A DNA stretch of 64,000 nt from the NCBI RefSeq assembly GCF_006345805.1, contig NC_043007.1, positions 24,242,001 to 24,306,000 of the forward strand. The letters run 5' to 3'. The notes beneath the pieces were generated by a model. It saw nothing but the letters and a program-made list of their open reading frames with translations, had not been told where the DNA came from and did not search any database. Shown in pieces: positions 13,313-23,200 of the stretch. This DNA is from Octopus sinensis. Its lineage: Eukaryota. Within the stretch, counting starts at the first letter, position 1; the number at the start of each line of letters is the position of its first letter. A program made the translations under genes and the position numbers.

Positions 13313-14201
13313 CAAGAGAATGCTGAAAAGTTCCTGGTTTTAACCCATATATGCCCATATAAAAAAATGAAGTCTTAAAATTTCACTGTATTTAGATTAA
13401 GTGTTATGGTAAGCTTTCACAATCTAGAAGAGAAGGACAGTAACCAGCTGTTAGCTGCAGGTGTCAATTACCTACTGAACATTTCGTATGTGCAGTCAGG
13501 TGCTTCCTGACAAGTTCATGTCCAAATAAGCAGGAGCAATGCAACCAGGAGTATATATGTGTTAAGGGTGTTGTGAAAGGCCTGTTTGGAGGCCTGGTCT
13601 TCCAAATTCTTTTACAGGGCTTAGAAAAACTGAACGACAGCTGCAATAAGTGTGTGAATCTGAGAGGGGAATATCATCATCATCATCGTTTAACGTCTGT
13701 TTTCCATGCTAGCATGGGTTGAACGATTCGACTGGGGTCTGGGAAGCCAGGAGGCTGCACCAGGCTCCAGTCTGATCTGGCAGTGTTTCTACAGCTGGAT
13801 GCCCTTCCTAACGCCAACCACTCTGTGAGTGTAGTGGGTGCTTTTTACGTGCCACTGGCACAGGGGCCAGGTGAGGCTGGCAATGGCCACGATCAGTTGG
13901 TGCTTTTTATGTGCCATCAGCACGGAAGCCAGTCAAGGTGGTGCTGGCATCAGCCACGTCTGTATGGTGCTTTTTACATGCCACTGGCACAGGTATCATA
14001 ACTACAATTTCCATTTGATTTTTTGATGTTGATGTATTTGACACAATAGGTTTTCCCAAGCACAGCAGGTCGCCCTACGATCCAAGGTAAACACAGGAGG
14101 TCGTCCTGCAATCCAAGGAATATGTTGAATAAAATCATAATTAACTAATCCTCCTGTACTTTTTTTTACTCAAAGCCAGGAACTTTTTCAGTACTCTCTT
14201 G
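13313..14201 (+). mobile_element. Mariner-like deletion derivative with about 30 bp TIRs and TA target duplication, interrupted by a SINE
   Basis: TA|caagagaatgctgaaaagttcctggtttt ... aaagccaggaactttttcagtactctcttg|TA; GLEKLNDSCNKCVNLRGEYVE* resembles a mariner transposase C-terminus. Confidence 0.8.
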
Positions 14202-15096
14202 TACTCATTTCCAGCTGAGGTTGTTGTCAACAGTTACTCCTAAGTCTCTGATATTGATGGGTGCTACAAATGGTTCTCCTGAAGAAATTACTGTTGTTTG
14301 AACCCATTCTCTTTTTCTAAGTGTATCATTAAAATTTTTTATCTCATTTAATAGCAAGATGGTTTTGTCTAAAACACATGGGTCAGAGTGGCATTTTGTT
14401 TGGTCTTCTTCTCCATTAATAAGCTTTTGAAACTTGGAGACATCTGCGAATATTGTTTATTTTGCTGTACTTGATGACATTTGAGATGTTGTTTGTATAC
14501 AATACGAAGAGAAGTAAGCTTAACACAGTCCCTTGGAGAACACCACTGGTGACTTCTGCTGGACTTGGGTGAATTCTGTCAATCACAACATGCTGGGTTC
14601 TGTTCACCAGGAAATACTTCATCCAGCACAGCAGTTTTCCATGGATTCCAGCAGTTGACAGTCTCAACAGCAGGATGTTGTGTACTGAAGTCTACAGACT
14701 TCAATAAAATCAGTCTTTGAGTCTTCCTCTTAATCTCCTGATGTAGAAGCTGTGTTAAGCCATCTCTACTACAATGAAAGACATGATAGTTAGAATTTAG
14801 AAGATTTTTTACTCCAGGAAGTCAGTTATACTTGATTTCACTACTGTTTCAAATGCTTCGATGATATGAGAGATGAGAGGGACTGAGTGATATTTAACTG
14901 CAGGTAACATGTTTCCCTTTTTGAGGACTGTGATGATAGACTGGGATGAGAAATGTTTTGGGTGCATAGCCTGAGTCTAAAGATTTTCTCCAGTGGTTGG
15001 CCAGAGAAGATGCAAGATGGTGTTTGCATCCTTCCAGAATGTTGACAGCAAATCAATCAGGACCTGCTGCTAGATAATGTTTGGCCTGAGGAAGTG

Positions 15097-15660
15097 AATC
15101 ATCATCATCATTGTTCGACCGTGGTCGAGACAATGGAATTTACTATGCCACGCCAGACTTCACGGTCCATCATAGCATTACAGAGGTCCTGTTGCTGGAT
15201 GCCTGTATCCCTCGAGATTACATCAGGGTAGGAGAGTGTGCACCCTCTGGTATTGCAAGCAGATGGCTTCCAGAGGAGAAGAGTAGAAATTACCTCGTTT
15301 TCAGCTCTACAACAATGTCCAGCAAACTGAACTCTTCTACCTTTCACAAGAGATGATACAGGTGGTAATTTCCCATATATTTGTACTTTGGTTGGATGAT
15401 GCTTCCATGAGAGATTTTGAGCTCTCATAAGGAGGCGAGTGTAGGTTCCATCCAACCGCCTCTCAAGCTTCTTTGATAACGTCCAGGTTCCTGAGCCATA
15501 TAGTAGAATTAGTTCGACTGTGGCTTTGAAGATTTTAAGTTTGAAATGTCTACTTAGATTTGATGACCAGATCTTATGCATATCATTACAGGCTGACCAG
15601 GCCATTCCCTTTCTAGTTAGAAAATTATGTTGGTGATGAAATGTTGGGGGATTGACTTCA
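15097..15660 (-). mobile_element. 5'-truncated RTE-clade LINE 3' end
   Basis: ILLYGSGTWTL..RRVQFAGHCCR..DREVWRGIV stop, directly followed by a (TGA)n tail. Confidence 0.85.
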
Positions 15661-15964
15661 ATGATATAGTCTGTCAATAACAATAGGATCACTGAAGATC
15701 AAGCAATATTATTTCAGCAGAATCTCTACCATTTCTTTGGTACCATAGTAGCAAATACTGTTATCAGCTATCAGTAAGACAGTGGTCCTATGCTGCTTGG
15801 CAATTGAATAGAACACTTTTGGGCTGTGCCTGATATTTTTTTAATAATCCAGTTTTCCTCTGCGGCCCTTTTGTTGTTGATGTATGTTTCTGTGCTGTTC
15901 TACAGATGGAAACTCAAGAGATCTTATGATTGAGAAAGCTGTCACTGGTAGTATTTTAATTAAT

Positions 15965-16225
15965 TTCCCTGTGGCGAAATCTGAGACCATGGCTGTAGTG
16001 TTATGGAACTGCTGCCCCTGCGGCAAAATCTAAGACCTTTGCTGTAGTGTTATGGAAATGCTGGCCCTGTAGCAAAATCTCAGACCGTTACTATAGTGCT
16101 ATGGAAATGCTGCCACTGTGACAAAGCCTGAGACCATTACTGGAATGTAATGGAACTGCTGTTGCTGTGGCAAAATCTGCGACCAGAACTGCTGCCCCTC
16201 TGGTAAAATCTGTAACTGTTACCGT
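15965..16225. repeat. Second short array of the same 49 bp minisatellite
   Basis: About five units with the same consensus. Confidence 0.85.
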
Positions 16226-16469
16226 AAAATTTTTCTTTGAGAGTATTTTGAAAAGGGATGTTGTTGACAATGTCTTCAAAGCTCTGCCAAATTACTTTAA
16301 TGTCAAAAGAAGTTTGAATGAAGGATCATTAATAAGTCACAGATTTTGTCTTAGTGCTTCTCAGTCTGACTTGGATGAGTGATGTTATAATAATAATAAT
16401 AATAATAATAAATAATAATTGTGTACAGTGCTCAGGTGCACTACAACTCATCTAAAGTGTATATATAAT

Positions 16470-19289
16470 CAGGTGTAGTTTCGGCGGATTTCGGAAAGCA
16501 TGAGGGCCTTAAAGGATGCAGTGTCATGGCAGTCAACAACTGATGCAGGCAGTTTATTCCATGCTTCAGCAACTCTGAGTGTGAAAAATGTTTCCGAAAG
16601 TCATGGGAGCTGTGTTGTTTTCTGACTTTGTAGGCATGTCCACGTGTGTTAGACACATGGAATCAAAAAGGTTCAGTGTTGTTGTTGGTGAGGTGGTTGA
16701 TAACTTTGTGGGTGTTCACCAAGTCCATCGCCAGACGCCGGAGCTTCAGTGAATCCATGCCCAGGGAAACAAGGCGCTCAGAATATGGTAGGTGTCTGAT
16801 GGAGGGTATGCGTTTGGTTGCACGTCTCTGGACAGATTCCAGGGGTCAATGTTCTGAGCAAGATAGGGATTCCAAACTGATGATGCGAATTCCAAGTGTG
16901 GTCGTACCATAGCTGTATACAGTTTTAAATAGATGGCTGGAGAGCGGCTAACAAAAGTCTTGCTGAGTGATGCCAAGACACCCTCAGCCTTCTTGACAAT
17001 TTTAGAGATATGCTTTGTCCAATGCAAATCACTGCTGACAGTGATGCCTAGGTCACGCTCACAAGAGGATTTCTTGATATCAGTGTTGTGGAGGGAGTAT
17101 GTGGACACAGGGTTTTTCCTCCCAAAATGCATGGTGGTACACTTGTCACAGCCAGTTTCAGTTGCCAGTCTGTGATCCATTGCTGCATTGTGTCTATGTC
17201 TGATTGCAGGAAGAGTTTTAGACATCAGGATCAGTCCTCTTGATTTCAAGGTACAGCTTGATGTCGTCTGCATATTTCAATACTGTGGCATTCTTTAAAT
17301 TGGCATCTATGTCATTAATGTATGCCACAAACAAGAGGGGACCAAGGACAGATCCCTGTGGTACACCCGATGACATCTCATATGGTGTAGAGTGCTGTCC
17401 TAGAACTGTGACTACCTCCTTTCGGCTGAGGATGAAGGATTTCAACCAGTTAAAAAGGTCATCCCCCACACCCATTGCAGAGAGTTTCACCATAAGCCTT
17501 TTGTGTGGCACAGAGTTGAAAGCCTTAGCAAAGTCAAGGTAGACAACATCCACCCATGAGCCACTGTCAGTGATCTGAGTAATGTCCTCAAGGAACTCGA
17601 CAAGCTGATCACTGCAGCTGGAGTTAGGGACAAATCCATATTGTGGGGTCGGATGAGACTGTGAGAGCTCCAGAAGTTCCAGAGTGTTTCTCTGACACAC
17701 GATTCCATCAGTTTTGCAATACAGCTAGTGAGACTGACTGGGCGATAGTTGACAGGTGATGTGCGGTCACCCTTTTTGAACAGAGGAATGACACTGGCAG
17801 TTTTCCACTGCTCCGGAGTAGCACCATTGTTGAGACAGTACTGGAAGAAAATAGAAAGCTGGTGTAAAAGGAAGTGCCTGCCACGTTTGAGAAGCAGTAT
17901 GTAACTCCATCGAGACCAGGGGAGGCATAGTTGCGCTTATTTTGAAGGTGACGTCGCAGCATTGCAGGTGTAAATTCCATAGTTGTTATGGAGTTTGCTG
18001 TTAGTGATGGTGAAGATGGTACATTTTGACTTTCAACAGTGAATATGTTTGCATAGCACTCGGCAATGAGTTCTGCGCATTCCTTGGGGTCGTCAGTGAT
18101 TGGTTTGTGTGAGGGTTGCGAAGAGGGCCCACTGGAGAGTGAGGTCTCTGCTTTGAATGCACATATTCCAGAAAACCTTGCTGTCAGGATTGGCTGCTAT
18201 GCACTGTTCAAATTCAAGCACTGCATTTTTTGTCACTTGCTTGAGATGGTTGGAGGATTTATTCCGCTTCTTCCTGTTGGTGTCTGATTTATGCAACTTG
18301 TATTCCTGTTCAGCAGTCCAACGTTCCTTCCTGGCAAGTCGGACCGCTGAAGTTTCCCAAATTGCCCTTTGGGGCGGTTCTTCTTTTTTGTTTACGTGGC
18401 ACTGATGCTGCACATGCTGCCCATATTGAGTCCAGGATACTCTGGAGTATAGTATTCACATCTCCAGAGTTGTAGAATTCACGCCAGTTTGGGTGCTGTA
18501 GTTCAGTGTGGTACAGGTTCCAATCTGCTCTCTTCCAATCAAAGGAAGCAGATTGAGATGGTTCAGGTGTTTGTTGCCCGCAAGAGCCAGATTGGCGATG
18601 ATCATAGCATGATCAAGTCAGCTAGAGGTTCCTCCTCCGTAGTGCAATTGATAACCGCTTCAGGAGTTGTGGTGAAGAGCAGGTCCAAGGTGTTGTCGCC
18701 TCTTGTTGGAGAGGTGACTACTTGTGACCAGTTTGAGTCCAGCACAAGCTCAACAAAATCGTTTGCACTCTGTGGCCAATGGAAGGTTTCCCAATCGATC
18801 TCAGGATGATTGAAATCGCCTGCAATAAACACATAAGTGGCTGTTTTCCTGGCAGCAGCTCGGAGGATGTTGCAAAGCTGTGTGTCCTGATGGTAATTTG
18901 GGGGACGATAAACAACGCCAAGCAGGAGTGTTGACATGGTCATACGTACGTCACAGAAAAAAAACTTCTTGTGATTCGTTCAAATCGGAACAAGGAATTA
19001 CCAAAAAATTTGAACGAACGTAGACCATCACACCACCACCACCACGGCGGTTAGTGCGGTCCTTACGGAAGAGGTTGTTCCCCGTGATGTTGAAAACCCC
19101 ATCACAGAGTAAAGAATGCGCCCATGTTTCCGTGACAGTGATGAAGTCAGGGTCAATACTTCTGACGTAGGCGTTGAACAAATGTATTTTGTTGCATAAA
19201 CTGCGAGCATTTAAGGACAACAATTTGTACCCTGCTCGCAGTTTATGATGGTGTGTAGAGGATGGCAGGTTGTCCTGGCTTAGTTTCCC
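16470..19289 (-). pseudogene. CR1 ORF2 (endonuclease plus reverse transcriptase), frame-disrupted
   Basis: Track ORFs 18951-19223, 18602-18943, 18093-18413, 17708-17980, 17218-17700 and 16746-17273 are consecutive pieces of one APE-RT protein. Confidence 0.88.
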
Positions 19290-20467
19290 TGAGTTGCTGT
19301 AGTCTTTTTAGTTATTGTGGGTAGAGAGCACTCAGACCAGCTGGTATCTCTCTTCCACGTTTCATCAGTCTTGACAAATCTCCAGATTTGTCCATCTTCC
19401 CGAAGACTGAAGCTTTCCTGTAGAGCTGAGTTCCTATTCAGGGAAGCCGCTACACGTAGCTTCGGACGTACATCGGACAGTAAGCCTGGGCGTGTTCGGA
19501 AGGTGGTCCGATTTTCACGCCCAGCTTTAACTGAGGCCAGATGGTAAGAGGTTGCCTCAGTGTGGTCCGAAAAAGACAGCTTGATGAGCCTAGGTTTTGG
19601 GCCAGGTCGTCCAAGGCGGATAGCACCTGTTGGGGGAACGCAGCCTAGGTCTTTGGCTGAGTTGGCAGCAAATGCCTGAAGATCAGCCATGTCTTCTGGC
19701 ACCCCAATGGCAATGACTTCATGGGTAGCAGAATCCGCGGTCTTAGAAACGACAAGAGGTACAGGTACAGGGAGGTTCTTTAGCAGAGCATTCCGATAAG
19801 ACCCCTCATTGTGGAGTCCAACCTGAATGGTTGCTTTTATTCCTGCTACTTCCCCTCTTAAAGCACAGATCGATTGTTGCAGTTCTGCAAGAACCGCACT
19901 GGTCAATTGGTGTTGTTGTTGTTGCTGCTGCTGCTCTGGTTGTGGTTGATTTTGTTGTTGCTGCTGTTGTTGTTGATGTTGTTGTTGCTGCTGCTCTGGT
20001 TGTGGTTGATTTTGTTGTTGCTGCTGTTGTTGTTGATGTTGTTGTTGCTGCTGCTCTGGTTGTGGTTGATTTTGTTGTTGCTGCTGTTGTTGTTGTTGCT
20101 GCTGCTGCTGCTCTAGTTGTGGTTGATTTTGTTGTTGCTGCTGTTGCTGTTCCGCCTCCTCCACGGGAGTGGCAGGGGGAGACACAATCGCCGGTTGTGG
20201 AGGCATGCAGGCCTGACACTGAAAAGTCCAAGATTTAAGCTGAACCATCTTCCAGAGTCTATCCATCATAGCATTATGATGGCTCTTTTTTTGGCCTGGG
20301 ATCTTCTGAAAGTCCGTGGCACATTGGAGGCAGACAGAGATGAGGCATGTCCCACATTCGACCCAGCGATTACGGAACGTATTTTCGGGTTCCGTACAGA
20401 TGTGGCAGGTGTGATTTTCTGGGCAGTGTTCTATTTTGGAGCAGCGACCAGTCTTATCGCACGCCAC
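19280..20467 (-). CDS. LINE ORF1 protein (395 aa): PHD-like Zn finger, polyQ tract, coiled coil, RRM-like C-terminus
   Basis: CxxC..CxxC..CxxC..WxxxCxxC N-terminus; IGVPE and IRLGRPGPKPRLIKL motifs typical of non-LTR ORF1. Confidence 0.85.
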   Translation of the reverse strand: MACDKTGRCSKIEHCPENHTCHICTEPENTFRNRWVECGTCLISVCLQCATDFQKIPGQKKSHHNAMMDRLWKMVQLKSWTFQCQACMPPQPAIVSPPATPVEEAEQQQQQQQNQPQLEQQQQQQQQQQQQQNQPQPEQQQQQHQQQQQQQQNQPQPEQQQQQHQQQQQQQQNQPQPEQQQQQQQHQLTSAVLAELQQSICALRGEVAGIKATIQVGLHNEGSYRNALLKNLPVPVPLVVSKTADSATHEVIAIGVPEDMADLQAFAANSAKDLGCVPPTGAIRLGRPGPKPRLIKLSFSDHTEATSYHLASVKAGRENRTTFRTRPGLLSDVRPKLRVAASLNRNSALQESFSLREDGQIWRFVKTDETWKRDTSWSECSLPTITKKTTATQGN

Positions 20468-22494
20468 TATGGATTCTGTTGCTTCTGGTCATCCGTAGAG
20501 ACAGAAAATGTAAACAACAATACGATAAATGTAAAATATAAAATGAAATGTGTCCATTGGGATGAGAGTGACTGGTTTGGATTTAGGATGTTGGAAACTA
20601 AGATTATTGAGTACAATGTAATGGTCTGAAAGAAGTGTTTCCTCAACTGAAATATTGTGGATGGAGCTAGAGTGGTTTGTTAATATCAGGCTCAAGATGT
20701 GTCAGTTTTGTTTTGTTGGCTCAAGCACAAATTGAGAGAGGAAATGATTCATCTGCAGCTTTAGTTAAGCCATATGTAAAATAACAACACACAGTGCTTT
20801 GTTGAACTATTGTTTATTGTATGTCACACATTTACAAATATGAGAAAGAGCAATCCACCCCTAAGGCCCTGTTTTCTACCTCAGCAGTAGTGCCTTTTTG
20901 CGGCTGACTAGTTCAATAACTGGTCTGCAATAAAAGTCCTCATTGACAGTTTGTCTTTTATGAGCTCATGGGCAATGGCCTACATGTTCATGAAGTTAAA
21001 TAATATGTCTAATGCTGTTTTGTCTGGAGTTGAGATGCAATTCCCTGGTCTCAGTGTATTTTTAGGTCAGTTCACATATGTCACCCATGAACTAATGTGT
21101 TCTCAGATTTGTGTTTTTGGAGAAGGAACGCACTTTGTTGAGGTACCCACCAGAGCACGGTAGAGGTACTTGAGGAAGCCTACAGTGACAAACTATGGTT
21201 AAGTCATTAACCTTATTGTATACTGAGACAGATTTACAGTAACTATTGGAAAATATGTTCTTGGGATCTAAGGCAATGGAATCATGGAGAAAAATGCCTG
21301 CTCCTCTTTTATTTCAGCCAGTGCAGTCTGCATAGATAATAGTGAAAAACTATACTTTTTCTACTTGGCATCCACGAGGGAGTTGTTTAGGTAGATATTC
21401 TTTAGTATAAAGAAGGGGATGCAGTGTGCCTTTTCAGCAATTTGTGCCATTTTGGCAATCTGTCTTTTCAGCAATCCGTCTCTCTATATATTGAGTCTTC
21501 CATTTTTGAGCATTGAATAAGAATGTTAAAACGAAAGTTGGTTGATGTTTGTCTATATATTCACCTCCCACGTTGTGAGTTCAAATTCTGCCGAGGTTGA
21601 CTTTGCCTTTCATCCTTTCGGGGTCGATAAATAAAGTACCAGTTACGTACTGGGGTCAATATAATCGACTTAATCCCTTTGTCTGTCCTTGTTTGTCCCC
21701 TCTGTGTTTAACCCCTTGTGGGTAATAAAGAAATATAGATATTCCCCTACCACATGTCCTGAATTTTACAGTTTGTATACTCATCATAGCCTTCCTGAAG
21801 TAATTTCATCAATCAATTCTGGATTCCAGTTCCACGGACACTCTACATTATACTTCTCTGTATTGGATTTCTAGGTGAACCGTAAGCCAAAATTGTAAGA
21901 GGAACTATCTGTGATAGCCATGCAATTCTCTGAATCAGTATCTTATGCTACTCATATATGTGTGTGTGTGTATTTGTGTTTGAGATCCTGTAATAGTTGT
22001 AAACGAGCGTCACTGTCATACAAGCAGTGTCCTTCATTTGCAATCTTCAGTGCAAACATGCCTGGCCATGGAGAAAAATATTATCTTACTTCGAAATGGG
22101 TGAGAGTTGGTGCAAGGAAGGGCATGTGGCCATAGAAAATCTGCCTCAGTAAATTCTGTCTGACCCATATAAGCTTGAAAGAGGGGACATCAAATTGATG
22201 TGCGCGGGCAAGCGTGTGTGTGTATTTACAAGTATGGATAAGTTCTTTTATGTAGTCCGTAATTTCAGTTTAGCTCAATGTCCCCGAAGTTGGCTGAGAT
22301 CATTTTCATCAAACTTAGATGACTGGTACCCTTGGCAGACTCCATGTATAAAGGAAATGGTCTTTACCTTCAATTGTGTGACGAACTTTCCTCGAATGAA
22401 AAGCTAACTGTGAAGCAAGGGAGATTACTCTAAACTAGTTCTCTCCCCTGATAGTTGGTTTGTTGAATTGCAAATTCAATATAGTTTTCAAAAT

Positions 22495-22720
22495 ACAGTG
22501 AATCCCCGTCTATTCGCCCTTCGGCATACGCGGTCTCGGTTATTCACGCAACTAATAATTGTTCGTAGAAACCACCACATATTTGCGGAATCGTAAATAT
22601 TGTCCGCGATTTGTTATGGCTTTTATATATATTTTTTCCCCTTTTTTAAGGCTAAATTATTAATAACGATATATCGTATTTGCTGCAGTTGAATTTCCCT
22701 CTGATTAGAATAGCCGTGCA
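22495..22720 (+). mobile_element. Possible Tigger/pogo-like DNA transposon end
   Basis: TA|cagtgaatccccg start and CpG-rich sequence; second TIR not found. Confidence 0.25.
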
Positions 22721-22984
22721 TCAGATCACTTGATTGTTTTACATACAAGTATACTGTATCTTGTATCTCTTATTCCTGTTTTCAATCAAAGCTTGCCAAT
22801 TAGTTATTACGACATCTATCTATATTTCACACATACACACTCTTTCTCCCGCTCTCGCTATATTTGTCTCTCAACAACAACCTCTTGTTGTAGTGAACGG
22901 CCAGCGGTGCCAAAATCACAAAGTATGGAAGGCCAGCAGTACCAAAAATTATTCCCCAAAATTCTTCAAAATTTTCGAAAAATT

Positions 22985-23200
22985 TTATATATATACATAC
23001 ATATATTCTATAATATCTTCTTATATTTCTATTAAACCAGTATATTTTGTATTAATTTGTTTAAGACATTAATTTCTTATACATTTATGTTTTGTGTAAG
23101 TGCATGTGAAGCATGGACGTGTAGATGTGAGAGTATGTGTGCATGCACATGTGTGTGGGTAGATTTGTAGATGTGTGTATGTGTATATATGTGTGTGTGC
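22985..23200 (+). repeat. Unclassified dispersed repeat, second copy at about 63010-63195
   Basis: tataatatcttcttatatttctattaaaccag..gggtagatttgtagatgtgtgt nearly identical at both sites. Confidence 0.75.

Larger units (their letters stand above)
16388..20550 (-). mobile_element. Full-length CR1-clade LINE (ORF1 intact; ORF2 APE-RT with several indels; (TAT)n tail)
   Basis: APE motifs SLNARSL, VTETW, GGGVMVY, GDFNHP, TRGDNTLDLLF; RT motifs YGFVPNSSC, YLDFAKAFNSV, GVPQGSVLGPLLF, YADD; CR1-type C-terminus RPHLEFASSVWNP..TRGH..AWNKLP; 5' boundary approximate. Confidence 0.92.
14210..21200 (-). mobile_element. Old degenerate APE-RT LINE split by younger insertions
   Basis: Collinear minus-strand pieces: LILTN..SDHYIV (20560-20695), SKSD*EALRQNL (about 16340-16375), KNIRHSPKVFYSIAK (about 15795-15845), TVLKKGN..KYHSVPLISHIIEAFE (about 14850-14930), GVLQGTVLSLLLFVLYTN (14416-14667); outer limits approximate. 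Confidence 0.7.

Noticed and set aside
16470-19280. ORF2 frameshifts (other than the ORF1 junction) as programmed recoding
   Set aside because: Positions differ between the two CR1 copies, which fits decay or sequencing indels.
16360-20580. Target-site duplication around the full-length CR1
   Set aside because: Only loose similarity (ttggatgagtga versus ttgggatgagagtga); the 5' boundary is uncertain.
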